Source: Folioceros fuciformis
Lineage: Eukaryota
DNA length: 55,969 nucleotides
Reading direction: 5' to 3'
Assembly (NCBI GenBank): GCA_049999805.1
Contig: JBNGIO010006320.1
Span: 227,624 to 283,592, forward strand
Positions 1-13,087 of the stretch are shown one piece after another. Both the position numbers and the translations under genes were made by a program. The notes under the pieces were generated by a model that saw only the letters and a list, made by a program, of their open reading frames with translations, did not search any database and was not told the origin of the DNA. How positions within the stretch are numbered: position 1 is the stretch's first letter; each line of letters opens with the position of its first letter.

Positions 1-113
1 GCTGATTGTTGAGCAACTTGCCAATGGTTCGAGAACTATGTCAGGTCGTGACCTGTAATTTTCTGACAAAGTCTAGCCAACCACAGAGAGGGGTTTCCTT
101 CCTCGCACATGAC

Positions 114-3100
114 TTAAGGGCATGGGGTCGCCAGCGGGGCTCCACAGAGGGCTGGATTTCCTGCGAAGTCTGACGCTGGGAATCCTGCAAGGTTCTTGGG
201 AATGGGACCCGAGAAGTGGTTGTGCGCCACATTCAACACCTGGAGCCCCGGGATGCTTCCCAAGCTCTGGGGCAGCGCTCCCGAGAAGCTGTTGCTGGCT
301 AAGTTGAGGACGTGAAGTCCGGAGAGGGATCCGATGTTGGGAGAGAGGGTGCCTGCGAGGGAGTTGCTGGACACGTCGATGGCTGCGGTGGTGGTCAGGA
401 ACAAGGAGTTGTCGCTCAGAAAGCCGTTCCGAGTGTAGGAGACTCCATCGTCGTAGTAGGGCCCACCTAGCACAGGAGGGAGGTCGGCTCCAGTGGAGTT
501 GATGATGGCCGCCAGTCCAGACACGCTGTTGAGAGGCAGGGCCCCTGTGAGGCTGTTTCCGGATAGATCCAGTACCTGAAGAGAGGGTAGGTCGGTGAAG
601 AGGAAGCTGGGGATGGGGCCTGACAATTTGTTATGGGCCAAGCCCAGGACCTGCAAGGTTGTCCAGGAGCTCAGGTCGGGAATGGCCCCCGTCAGTTCGT
701 TGCCGCTGATGTCCAACACTGAGAGCTTTCCTGCACATTGTGAGAGCCAGGATGCGCTGGCCAGATCTCCTGCACATTGTTCAGGAATAGATTAGCTGAC
801 AGCCCTTGGAAGTGCGGAATGGAGTGGGGCAGGAGGGATATCAAACCTGTGAGAAGGTTGTCGTTCAGCGAGACGAAGTTGAGCTGCCCCAGTCCTTCCT
901 GACACGCGGTTCCCAAGTTGGGCACGGGGCCTGTGAACCGGTTGTGGTCCAGCTTCACCCTCTGGATGAAGGCAGAGTAGCTCAACAACTGGGCCGGAAT
1001 CTCCCCGGACAGTTGGTTGTAAGAGAAATCGAGGAAGTTGAGGAAGGGACTGGAGTCTGGGAATGCGGTAGGGATGCTTCCTGTCAGTTGGTTGTGTGAC
1101 AGGTCAAGGGTATTGAAGAAGATGGATGAGAAAATGTCATCCGGGATCGGCCCTGAGAGCTGGTTGTGAGAGAGGACGAGGTTGTTCAGGAAGAATGAGC
1201 CACTGGAGAAGTTCGACGGAATAGGACCCGAGAAACTATTGAAGCTCAAGTCCAGGCTGTTGAGGCTTTGAATGTTGCCGAACTCCTGAGGTATGTCGCC
1301 ACTCAACCTGTTGTGAGAGATGTTGAGGCGGGACACTGTGGTGCGGAAATTCTCCCCGAAGCTTGGGAGTGGCGACACAAACTTGTTCACTGATAGATCG
1401 ACGAAGAAGCTGATTTGCATCTGGAAAACCCAGGGCGGGATTGTACCTGTTCACAGATGCATCCATGGAAGAGAATTAGGCTCGCAAACACGAACCTCCT
1501 TGTGTTGAAACCCTGGAAGAAGTAGTAGTCACATATTAGGCACCTGAGAAGTCGTTGTTGTCGATGTAGAGCTGGGTCAAAGGAGTGTTATCTGGGCCAA
1601 GATCATCAGATGGTAGGCTTGAAAGCTGATTGAAGGAAAGGGCAATGGTCGTGGCGTTCCATAGGGATGTGGGAAAGGCTCCTGTCAGACTGTTGCGTGA
1701 AAGGTCCAGGTTCCCACGGATCACAGCATTTCCGAGGTTTTCAGGTATGCTTCCAGTTAGCTTGTTGTTGGACAGGTCCAAGCTTTCCAGCGCCAGGTTG
1801 GAGAACGCTGTGGGGATCTCACCTGACATCAAGAGAGAACGAACGAGTCATCATTGTAAACAACAGGACTTCACGCTCCCCCGCTAATTGCCGAAAGGTT
1901 GTGTTTACCACCTGAGAGCTGATTGCTTCCCAGCGATAGGGTCTTGAGAGCTCTCTTCAACTTCGCTAGAGATACTGGGATATTTCCCGTGAGTTTGTTA
2001 TTCCCAAGGTCAAGTATGGTAAGCTTCTTGAGTCTACTGAGAGTACCGGGGATAGCACCGGTCAGCGCATTGTCGCTGAGCACGAGCTGCCTCAAGTGGG
2101 TCTTCCCAAGGGAGTCAGGGATACTTCCAGACACGGAGGTGCCGCGGATCCGGAGAACTACAAGACCTTTGGAGTTTCCTATTGAAGAAGGAATGCTTCC
2201 AGTCAAACCGCGATCAAAGCTTATGAGAGCCCCTTGATCACCTTCTTCGCCTCCCAGCCGAACATCCCGCAGCTTTGTTAGCTTCCCTAGGCTTGCAGGG
2301 ATGTCACCCGTCAGCTCGTTTCCCTGAAGCCAAAGAGTCTGCAGCTGGGCCAGGTCTCCGAATGAGTCTGGGATGGGGCCCTCCAGCAGATTGTGAGTGA
2401 GCAGGAGGCTGATCAGGTTCTGCAAGCTTCCGATGGAGGAAGGCAGGGATCCTGCAGACGCATGCACGTCAACTAACGGTGCCTCATCGATACTCATCTG
2501 GGGCAAATGACCTTAAAACTTGTAAGCAATATACATACCTGAAATCTGGTTGTACGAAAGCTCAATCTTGACGAGTCCCGACAGAGACCCGATGCACGCA
2601 GGGATGGGTCCCGTGAGTGTGGCGGGTTGAATGTCGGTGTTGGCGATGGACAAGGTCTGTAGGTCCTTGAGCCGGCAGATACTTTCCGGAAGTGATCCAC
2701 TGATGTCGGGGTTCAAGCTAAGGTTCAGGTTCTGAAGGGAGACAATGTCGGACCACTCCGCTGGAATGGGGCCCTTGAATCTACTGCCCACGAGGGACAG
2801 CGTTGTCAGCTTTCTCAGCGTCTTCAGCCCCGCAGGCAGGTTAATATTGTTGAGGCCGTTCACATTGCTCAGGCTCAAAACCTCCAGTTCCTGCACCACC
2901 CATTGCATATTCCAAGGTCAAACGACGAGTCCGCTCGCTCAAAGCCGACGTCGACATGAGGACGAGTACCTTAAGCTTCGACAATGTGGTGCCAATCAAA
3001 TCAATGCCCGGGTTGGTCTGAGATAGACCTCCCTTGCTGTCGACAACCAGCTTGATCACTCGTCCTTGAGCATTGCACGTTACACCGTTCCAACTGCAAC

Positions 3101-3311
3101 ATGATTTAGAGGTCTTCCACGTGGTCAGATCCTTCCGGGAATCCGTCTGTCCGGCCTTGTACTGCAGAAGCGCATCTCTGTCGGAGGGAAAGCAGGTGGG
3201 GACATTGCTCGGGTGGCTCGCAGACGTCATCTGCAAACCGAGGAATGCCAAGAGCAGGCAAAACCTCCATACGAGCTCCGTCGCCGCCACGAACTGACTC
3301 GCCTTGGCCAT
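114..3311 (-). CDS. Secreted LRR protein, RLP-like ectodomain with island domain, no TM or kinase (copy A); 6 exons, 922 aa
   Basis: GT-AG exons 3311-2970, 2890-2539, 2451-1912, 1822-1544, 1446-847 and 769-114 sum to 2769 nt in frame. Hydrophobic leader (LVWRFCLLLAFLGL), LRRNT cap (CFPSDRDALLQYK...W...CCSWNGVTC), many plant LRRs (LxLSxNxLSGxIP), an island before the last repeats, and C-cap GNPALCGAPL followed directly by the stop. Confidence 0.9.
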
Positions 3312-3949
3312 CCTTGCAAATTCCAAAGCACACCACTTACATCTACGCAGGAACTCCTACTTTGCCGTCAACAATGTGAGTTGCAATGCCAATCAGACTG
3401 CCCTGCCCACTCGGAAGACCTTGATGAAAGAACCTGTCGAGCACCCTCTCGCTGACAGATCTTATAGCCCCAGCCTACCCACCTTTCCCAGCTACAACCT
3501 GGATGGAGAAGAGTGTGCGTGAGTAGGACAGACTGGGCCACGGGTTCGCACGTAGGAACGAACCGCCTTCTTTCCTTCCATCATCAGGATAACATGATCC
3601 TGTCACAGAACGTCTCTACCTAGGGCAGTGCCCTTCTGCCGCCTGCAACTATGCAGTACTCACCCATTGTTTATTATGACGTGATATCGTAATAGACACT
3701 GGATACACAGAGTTTCACAATTCTGTGACCTGTTGAAACTTGTGTCACGGCTGCTTTGAAGCAGACGGATGCTTCACCACACTGTCCACACACAGCATGT
3801 ACCGTCTTCAAAACAATGACCTATAGCTTGCAACTTTCGCGGAGTTTCTATTTGGCAGCGATGCCATGGACAACACCTGGCTGGGTAGGACGGAAGGACC
3901 GTATGGCCCTACAGTTAAGTACATAACGGTCTTCTTCTTCCACAATGAT

Positions 3950-6900
3950 GTCCACCACAGGTCGCAAGGGCAGGCCTGAATTTATGCGAGTTCCTTACAA
4001 GAGTTTGGATCTCAGATTTTGCGTCGGGTTGGTAGAGGAGCTCCATGCACTGCCGAGTTTTGTGTGGTAAGTCTGTGAGGTTTGTCGGGATGGCGCCCGA
4101 AAAATTTGATGCTGGCAACAGTGGACGCAGTTAAGACCTGCAATCGCCCTCACACTGACCGGCAGTGCTGGTGAAGTTGTTGCGGTCGGGATTCAGAACA
4201 CCACGGTCGCTCGGAGACGCGATGATGTGGGTAAAGGGTCGTGTGAGGTGGTTGCTTTACACGTCTATTGCCGTGTGGTGATGGTGATGGCCAAAGGAAG
4301 GGATTCCCTGCAGCACTTTGCCCAGAGAGTCGGGTCCACCTTGCACAGGCGGCAGGTGAGCTTCCGTGAGGTTGCAAATTGTCATAGCTGGCAGGGCCTC
4401 ACTCAACTGCCTGCCGGACAGATCGAGTACTTGCAGGGAGGTGTTAGGGTTGAGCAGATGGCTCGGAGCCGTGACTGCTTCTGTGAACAAGTTCCTCACC
4501 AACTTCAGCAAGTCCAAGCTTCTCCACGAGCTGCAGTCGGGGATGGTGGCTCTCATCAGTGCGTTGCCGCTGCTGTCCAAGTCTCTGAGCTTCCTGCAAC
4601 CGCGGAATGCAAGTCGCATCCAGCGAGAATTCCTGCATTTGAGCCGGCCCGAGAGGCTATTAGAAATGGCGTGCGAGCATGATGGAAGGAACGCACCCTG
4701 TCAGGCGTCTACAGTTGTGGTTAGCTGTGCGGAGGTTGTCATTGAGAGTGACAAGTGGACGGCGCATGCCATCCGCTCGTGCAAGCTTGGCCAGTGTCTG
4801 GTATGCTGCCAGTGGGGATGTTCTGGTTCAGCTTCATCTTCGGAATGGAGGCGAAGACCGCGAAAGCTTCTCAGAAATGTCTCCGGACAGCTGATTGTGG
4901 GAGAATTCGAGACACGCATGAATGAATCCGTTGTGGAGAGCGCATCGATTGAACGGTAGAATGCGGACGTCAGGATGAGATCTGGAGTGGCTGGAAGTTG
5001 GTTGTTGGAGACGACCAGGTCGTCGAGGAAAACGTTTTGCAAACGTCGGCTGAATCATGACAGGGAAAGAGAGCGAATATGCTAAGAGGCCGAACTGCAG
5101 AAGGGACTCGCACTCCGCGCAGCGCAGCTGCGTACCAGCTGAGAGAAGAAAATGTCTACGCAAAAATGTCTCATGAATTACCATATTATGAATGGGCATC
5201 CATCACCCCGCATGTGCCAGGCAACGGCCCATCCAGGGCAATGATGCTTGCTAGTCGAAAGAAAGAAATCAACCACAAACAAAAAATGAAAGGGATTTTA
5301 CTCCATTTCTATTGGGCGTTAGGATCGTTAAGAAATTCTAGGGCATATTCTTGACCTTTAGTTGCGATGGCAAGAAGATCAAGGCGTTGCAGGCTTGCAT
5401 AGGTGAATTATTTTTATGTACTTTGCCTAGTCACACATCTCTTTGCTTGGCATGCCTTGTCGAATTACGTGGTTTGCTTTGTTACGCATCCCTTTGCTGT
5501 CCACCCTGGTGGATTACTGGTGACGTTCATGGAGCACTGGGTGGCATCTATTAGAATCAACGAAAAACATATCTGCATTCCTTGGCCACCGTAGTGGTCA
5601 GGCTAGCTCGCACAAAGGTCCAAGGTGTTGCCCAAATCAGAAGGGATTGGTCCTGTCCTGCCCTGTCAGCTGGCTGATAGTTGTCAAACTCAGTGCTGTC
5701 GCTGACGGCGATGGGACTCCTTGCTCCCACGCGCTACGGGATTTGAGCATCAGCATAGGGTTCCACTGGAGGACCCAGCTCACGACCTTTCGACTTCAGC
5801 ACCAGTCTTTTATGAGACCATCTGTCGCACTGTCAGGTGGTTGTCCCCAGGGAGGACGTTCGTCATTACTGGTCTCCTGCCAAAAGAGCTGACAAAGGCA
5901 GTGAAAGAGAAAAGAATGAACAATTTTGCCGCACAGAAGCACAGCATACACATGGGGACTTGTGTGCACAGCCAAGCAAGGCTTGGCAGAGTTAAAAAAT
6001 GGATACCGGTTTCTTGTGGAACTTCACCCGATTTCAACAGAGGAGGCTGCACGACTGGATGAACATTCAGATGCCCTGCACCATGGAACAGGCTTTGTAC
6101 CTCGAAGAACGTTAGAATCTAACCAGAGTTTTCTTAAACGGAAGTGGCTGCCGAGATCAAGTTAGTGGCACATAACCTTTCGATCAGATAGCGACACATG
6201 ATCACACATCGTGCTAACTGCAAATGGGGATGATGGGAAGGATCTTGTCAGCTTGTTATTACATACAGTACGTAGATCAAGGCTCTGTTGGATAAGGCTG
6301 TTGATCAAATCAGAAGCGGTGGGCCCTGCCAACTGGTTGTTGAATAGATGCAACGTTGTCAGACTCAGTGCTGTCGCTTATGTCGGTGGAACTCCCCTCG
6401 CATTCCCACAGGCTCCAGGATTTGAGCGCCAGCCAAGGATGCGCCAGACCTCCGTAGTACAGTACCAGTACAGTATTTTAAACGGTCACTTGTCGTACTG
6501 TCGGTTGATCGTGTACAAGGACGACTTTGGTCAGTGTCTTCTGTCAAAGAGCTGGCAAAAGTCCAGACAGAGAGTTTGTTGTTCCTCAAATCCAAGATTT
6601 TTTAGCTCCAAGACGTGGAAAGGAGGCTGGAATTGTGCTCGAGAATCCACTAATGTTGAACGCAAATTCTGTTATAAACTGGTGAGCCCAAGAACGGCAG
6701 GATGCTCCTGACAGCCTGTCACACAAGTTCCTCGCATTCGTGAAATTCTGAAACCCCTTTCCACCTTCGCCAGAGGGAATGATCGCGACCAATCCGGGGC
6801 TGACAGCAGCTGCTCCGTCATCAATAGGATCCTGTTCAATCCCCGATTGAACATCTTTGTAGTCGCAAGCGCCCTCAAGGAGGCTGGCTGTGAAACGTTC

Positions 6901-6950
6901 AGGCTGTCCCTGGAGGCTTGAACGTTTAATTGGAGACTTGACGGTGTGAA
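3950..6950 (-). pseudogene. Decayed LRR gene remnants resembling the 7881-10987 copy
   Basis: Frameshifted fragments: ASNFSGAIPTNL; LNPNTSLQVLDLSGRQLSEALPAMTICNLTEAHLPPVQGGPDSL (cf. FNPNNSLQVLDLSGNQLSGPLPAMSISNVPATHLSPVQGGPSYL); NVFLDDLVVSNNQL; DLRNNKLS; IIPSGEGGKG. Exon-4-like sequence appears twice (~5620-5760 and ~6100-6430). Boundaries are approximate. Confidence 0.8.
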
Positions 6951-6989
6951 CACCTACTTAAGAGAGGGATGGCTCCCGAGAGGATTCTC

Positions 6990-7800
6990 CCAAGTTCAGG
7001 ATTCCGACGTAGCGAACTCCTTTGTACTTGCCAGGCAAAAAATGTTGAGTCTGCTCACTGTGTTGAAATTCGTCCCCAAGCTAGAGAAGGCAATACAAAC
7101 TTGTTCTCTGATAGCTCGACGAGCAAGCTGGACTCGCGCTGAAACACCCAGGGCGGTATTGTACCTGTTGACAGATGCATCCATGATAAGATAGAATCAG
7201 CCTCGTCCACAGGGCCGTTTCCTTCTTCCGAAACTCATGAAAATGCCACTCACCGATGACGCACCCGAGAATTCGCTGTGGTTGATGTAAAGCTGTTGCA
7301 AAAGCGCGCTCTCTGGACCAAGATCGCCAGACGGCAAGCTAGAAAGCCCGTGGACAGAAAGTTTAACGGTTGAGACGTCTCATGGGGATGTGGGAAAGGT
7401 CCCTGTCAGACTTGAGTGAAAGGTCCATTGTCCCAGAAACCAGACCGTCGCGAGGTTTTCTGGTATTCTTCGCGTTAGCTCGTTGTTGGAAACATACAAG
7501 GTGTCCAGCACCAGCACCAGCGTCAGCTGATTGTTGGAAACATACAAGGTGTCCAGCACCAGCGCCAGCGTCAGCTGGTTGTTGGAAACATACAAGGAGT
7601 CCAGCACCAGCGCCAGCGTCAGCATACAAGGTATCCAGCGCCAGCACCAGGTTGGAGAGCAATGTCCGAAATTCGCATGATGCCAAGAGAGAAATGAGTA
7701 TGGTAACAACCTGGAAAAGGATGCATGCACCACCTACACTGATTGCTTAGAAGCCCAAGAGGCTTGGTTAGCTTCCCCAGGCTTGCAGGGATGTCACCTC
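6990..7800 (-). pseudogene. Truncated LRR gene remnant resembling the 114-3311 copy (parts of exons 3-5)
   Basis: 7141-7185 (gaaacacccagggcggtattgtacctgttgacagatgcatccatg) matches 1424-1467, including intron sequence. 7777-7798 (gttagcttccccaggcttgcagggatgtcacc) matches 2277-2308. Fragment NFNTVSRLNI matches NFRTTVSRLNI. Confidence 0.8.
7483..7650. repeat. 48-bp tandem repeat (~3.5 copies) of a partial LRR within the pseudogene
   Basis: ttgttggaaacatacaagg starts at 7483, 7531 and 7579. The minus strand reads LTLALVLDTLYVSNNQ three times with variants. Confidence 0.9.
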
Positions 7801-7880
7801 GGGTTTAGGGTTTTCCTGACGCCAAAGACCAGCGATTTGTGCGGATGCTTTACTAGAAGTAGCTCAAGAGTTTGCATTGA

Positions 7881-10800
7881 TCAACCACAGGCGGCTGGTA
7901 GAGGATATCCACACAGTGCCGGGTTTCCCTCGAAACTGGTGACTGGGAAGTTCTTGAGGTTTGCCGGGATGGCGCCGGAAAATTGGTTGCTGGCAACACT
8001 GAACACTGTCAGACCTGCAATTGCCCCCACGCTTTCAGGCAGTGTTCCGGTGAAATTGTTGTGGGCGAGATTCAGAACACTCAGGCCGGTCAGAGAGCCG
8101 ATTCTGTGGGTGATGGGTCCTGTGAGGTGGTTGCTTGACACGTCTATGGTTGTGGTGATGGCGAGGGTGAGTGAAAAGGAGTCCCTGCTGTACAGCACTC
8201 CGTCCAGGTAGGAGGGTCCACCTTGCACAGGCGACAGGTGTGTTGCCGGGACATTGGAGATTGACATTGCTGGCAGAGGTCCACTCAACTGGTTGCCGGA
8301 CAGATCGAGTACTTGCAAAGAGTTGTTAGGGTTGAACAGGTAGCTCGGGATGGCTCCTATGAACTGGTTCCTCGCCAGCCCCAGCACCTCCAAGGTTGTC
8401 CAAGAGCTGAAGTCGGGGATGGCGCCTGTCAGTGCGTTACCGCTGATGTCGAACACTCTTAACTTTCCTGCACACTGCGGAATCCAGGTTGCTCCAGCGA
8501 GAGTACCTGCACTTGGACTAGCGAGTGTGAGAAATGAGGCACAGGCAGGATGAAAGGAAAGCTCCGGCATCCGAAGTTGTGGTTACCTGTGAGGAGGTTG
8601 TCATTGAGAGTGACAGTGGACAGGGCGTCCCATCCGCTGTTGCAGGCTTGACTCATGTCAGGGATGGCGCCGGTGAGCTTGTTATGGTTGAGCTTAGTCT
8701 TCTGCATGGAGGTAAAGCTGGTGAATAGCTTCTCAGAAATATTTCCGGACAGTTGATTGTGGGAGAAATCGATGAGGGTCATGAATGAAGATGCTGTTGG
8801 AACAGAGGGAAGAGGACCAGTGAGGAGGTTGTGAGAAAGATCGATGGAATGGAAGAAGGGGGAGGTGAGGATGCCATCTGGTATGAATCCGGAAAGCTGG
8901 TTGTGAGCGAGGACTAGGTTGTTTAGGAAAACGGTGTTGGAAAAGCCTGGAGGAATGGGGCCCGTGAGTTGGTTGAAGCTAAGGTCAAGAGAGTTGACGT
9001 TTGTGAACCGTTCAGGTATGCTGCCATCCAGCCGATTGTGTGAGAGGTTGAGGTACTGAAATAGGTGATGAGCTTTGAGGGGTGGTAGTGAGGACATCAG
9101 CTTGTTGTTGGAGAGATCTATAGAAGAGATGGAGCGGAATTCGAACACCCACGGAGGAATCACACCTGTATTTCCAAACATGTCTGAAGTATCGTAGTCA
9201 AGTAAGCTTTACCAAACCAAGTGTACGGAACAGAGAAGACCCTGTACCTGAAAGAGCGTTGGAATCCAACCAGAGTTTTGCCAAACTGTAATGGACGTTG
9301 GGATCAAGGTGACCTGCAGGTAACGTTTCTATCAGATTGTGAGACAAGACCACAGATTCCATCGTCCACAGGGATGATGGGAAGGATCCTGTCAGCTTGT
9401 TATAAGATAGATCGAGGCTCCCTTGCATCAGGGTGTTGCCCAAATCAGCGGGGATGGATCCTGTCAACTGGTTGTTGGATATATCCAAAGTTGTCAAACT
9501 GAGCGCTGTAGCTAATGTCGGGGGCACTAACCCTGCATTTCCACAAGCTGCAAGTTTGAGCAACAGATGAGGTTTCCACTGGAAGCTTCAAATTTCTTTA
9601 GTACCAGTGCTTCTCAAAGAACATTTTGTCGTACCTGTTAGTTGATTATTTCCAAGGAGGACACTCATCAGTGTCTTCTGTCGAAGAGCCGGCAAAGGTC
9701 CAGAGAGTCTGTTGTTCCTCAAATCCAAAACTTCTAGCTGGTCAAGACCTGCGAGGGAGGCTGGAATAGTGCCCGAGAGTCTATTATTGCTGAGCACAAG
9801 CTCTGTCAACCTGGTGAGCCCAAGAGAATTTGGGATGCGTCCTGACACAGATGTCCCTCGGATTCTCAAAACTCTAAGAACCTTTCCACCTATTCCAGAG
9901 GGAATGTTGCCAACCAATCCTGGGCTAAAACCAGCCGCCCCGTCAGTAATAAGATCCTGTTCTACTCCCAATTCGAATTCTTTCAAGTTGGCCAGTTTTC
10001 CCAGGCCCTGAGGAAGGCTGCCTGTAAAAACGTTGCCCTGAAGGGTCAGAATCTGGAGACTAGTCAAGTTGCCAAAGGATACGGGTATCGCCCCCGTCAG
10101 GTTGTTGTTATCTAGCCGCAGAACCTGCAGCTTAGTGAGCCTTCCCATTGTTTCCGGAATGCTGCCTGCAATCGTGACGTTTTAGCTGACAACGGGTCCA
10201 AAGATGGCACGGAGTCGGAGATTGGCAAGTTACTGTTGTGGTTGAGATTTGCTCACCGGAAAAAAAATTATTAGAGAGTTCAAGGGTTGTCAACTTGACA
10301 AGAGTACCCAAGCAGTCGGGGATGGGCCCTCCCAACACGAGGGCGTCGTCCATCTGTTGATTTATGGACAGAGTTTGCAGGTCGGGGAGGTGGCATAAAG
10401 AATCGGGAAGACTTCCGTTGAGAACATTGAGACTGATATTGATATTCCGCAAAGAAGGTATCGAAGACCACTCTGTTGGTATGGATCCTCCAAACCGGCC
10501 GTCCACAAGAGAGAGGGTGATTAGCTTGGTCAGAGATTTTAGGCCGGTAGGGAGAGTGTCGAACCGAAAATGCGTGAGGTTCAAAGTCTGGAGCTCCTGC
10601 AAGGTACCAAGCAGTTGTAAACTAAGCCATGCGTACACGCCTGTAGGTGTGCAAGCAGGGGTATTGAAGGAATGCGACAAAGCTTACAGTGAGCTGGGAC
10701 AGCGTTGTGCCGATTAAATCGTGGCCTAAGATCGCCTGGTGAATCCTCGCAAATGGGGCAACCTCAAGCTTTGTCACGCGACCTTGTGAGTTGCAGGTGA

Positions 10801-10987
10801 CCCCGGGCCAGAGGCAACAGGAGCTTGAGTTGCTCCAATTTGCAAATTCTTTTGCCCGTGGAGTTAGCCCAGCCTTGAACGCCAGAAGAGCATTGCTGTC
10901 GCCTGCTGGGCAAGCAGTGTAAGCATGCGCCGTCAACACATTCAGCAAGGGTATGAGGAGGAGGAGATTGAGGCGTCCCGGCGCCAT
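7881..10987 (-). CDS. Secreted LRR protein, RLP-like ectodomain with island domain, no TM or kinase (copy B); 6 exons, 886 aa
   Basis: Exons 10987-10688, 10596-10257, 10165-9635, 9532-9248, 9165-8587 and 8506-7881 sum to 2661 nt in frame, with the same intron positions as copy A. Signal peptide MAPGRLNLLLLIPLLNVLTAHA, LRRNT CPAGDSNALLAFK...CCLWPGVTC, ends GNPALCGYPLPAACG*. Confidence 0.9.
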
Positions 10988-11984
10988 TGCTGCAGTGTTC
11001 GCAACACCTTCTGCTATTGCAACATGCGGGGCCTAAGGATCTCCACAAAGAAATGGCAAGATAGTAAAAAACAGCTCGCGCATTCCTGACGTACGTGCAA
11101 GCTTCAAGGTTCAGAATTGCTCAGGACTGCAAATCCGAGAGGAATTGCAGCATGAATTGCAGGAAGGTTCAGTGAACACCAAATTAGAGCCTCCCATACA
11201 ATCCACTCGCAAATTATCGAATGAGCCGAGTTCTGGGACATCCCTGCACCTTGGCCGGACAGCTCCGTGCTCGTACATGCTTTTCATGAGCTAGCTTGGA
11301 GGAGCCAAAGCAGGACTTCGCTGGGCCCCAACCCAACAACAACTAAATTACCTGGAGGTGAGCGCCAGTCAGGCCGTGAGGACTTACCCCCAACCAACAG
11401 CTCTCAACCTGCCGCACAGTACATACATGGCCACCAGGGTGCACATGGATGTGAACTGCTCGCTGCCACATGCCTACATGGCTGGAGTTCGAATGTGAGA
11501 TCGGAGGCGATACCTGGAATTGTTCTGTACTACGGCACTCACGAGATCCTCCATGCTGTAACCTGTGAAACATGGACATTGTTAATTACGGCCGGCAGTC
11601 TAGTCGGTATTGAACGACTCTTGGTCCCATATCCTGTGACGAGCAAAGACACAGAGAAAGTAAGCAAAGGGGCGTCTTGCCTGCAGGCAAAAGGAAAACT
11701 TCAGGGTCGAGATACATGATCGCTCATCCAGCTTGGTTGATCCCATGCTATCGCACATGATTTCAGATCTAGGAAAAGACTGCGGTAACCCATATCGCTA
11801 ACACTTTTTGGAGATCTGACGCCGCTCTTGCGACCAGGTGGAGTCGAAGAAGGTTACGATCATGGTGCCTTAACATGAAATGATCTCCATACGTTCTTTT
11901 TCTTCTTGAAGTAGCCTAAGCTGTACAGTGCTCCGTACGAAGCTCCAACTCGTCATTCGCCAATGCAACTACTGAGTGTTTAAA

Positions 11985-13087
11985 TTAGAGCTTCGCTGGT
12001 TTGGGGAAAAGACTGGGTGTCCACTTCATTGCTATGCCTAGATTTCCCTTGATAGTCATCTTGCCCCTGAGCGAAAATGAAACGAAACCAATAATCAGCA
12101 GCCATTATTCCGAAAGTGGCCCTTTGGGAGAAAGAGGAACTCAAGCAGGAAACGACATGTGGAATTTAAGCACGTACATCAGGAAATCAGTTTGAGGATT
12201 CCTTTTCCCTGCAGCAGCTGCAACAAAGTCGGCATCCACAAACCCGAAGGTGGCATCAGGTTGGATGTCGGGGCGCTCACCTGCGCAAGGACGTAACCAT
12301 GTCATGACCCTACACTTTGTGTGAGGTTGAACGGGACAAATTACTCTGAAATACCTTTGTAGACATCGAGGTTCTTCAAGTCAACAATAAAGGTTTGCTC
12401 GGCCACTCCTAGCTTCTGCTTGAACCAAATACTCGTTAGGCTTCGGACACGAAAAAAATGTGCACCCTTGCTGCCAGATTCAAATCCACTCAGCCGCACA
12501 GCAAGCAGACTAGGAAGCGGTCAGGGGCAGCCACACCGAGTCGGTACTCAGGCAGAAAAAGGAAGGTCAACAAGCACAAACACAAGACCCTACTAGTTGC
12601 AGTGAAGGGCAACAAATCTGACAGCACCCACGAAAACCCGAAATTTCTCGACGTCCGAAACAGCCAATCCAGATCGCGCTGTCAGATGTTGGAGCAGGCA
12701 AACACAAGTTCATACCGAGAAATTTCAGTCCCGCTCCAAAGATGCGGACCACTGGATCAAGCCACAACCGCTGCGGAGCGACACGCGTTCCTATAGTCCA
12801 CCTCCAACAAACCATCCGAGCTACCAGAAATTCGGTCCAAAACAGCTCCAATCACATAGCTACCGGCCCGCAATCCACCAAGCAAGCACTCCAATTGCGC
12901 CTTCACAGCCAAACCAAGAGAGGTAGCGTACCTTTGGAGAGATTTTGAAGGCGTAGATATGTCCATTCTTCTTGGCCACTTCCTTGCCTTGCTCGGACTT
13001 CAGATGCGACCGCATCATGTCAAACAGCGGCTCAGACTTGAGTTGCACGGCGTTGCCGCCTTGCTTCATCTCGCCTGCGTTCACCAT
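11985..13087 (-). CDS. SCP2: Sterol carrier protein 2, peroxisomal; 4 exons, 133 aa
   Basis: Exons 13087-12932, 12415-12355, 12280-12178 and 12066-11985 give ...QLKSEPLFDMMRSHLKSEQGKEVAKK...ISPK/KLGVAEQTFIVDLK...PDATFGFVDADFV...NPQTDFLMGKMTIKGNLGIAMKWTPSLFPKPAKL*. This matches plant SCP2 and ends in a PTS1 (AKL). Confidence 0.93.

Noticed and set aside
74-103. Degenerate second GNPxLCG-like cap just past the copy A stop
   Set aside because: Too short and frameshifted to distinguish from chance, and it lies at the window edge.
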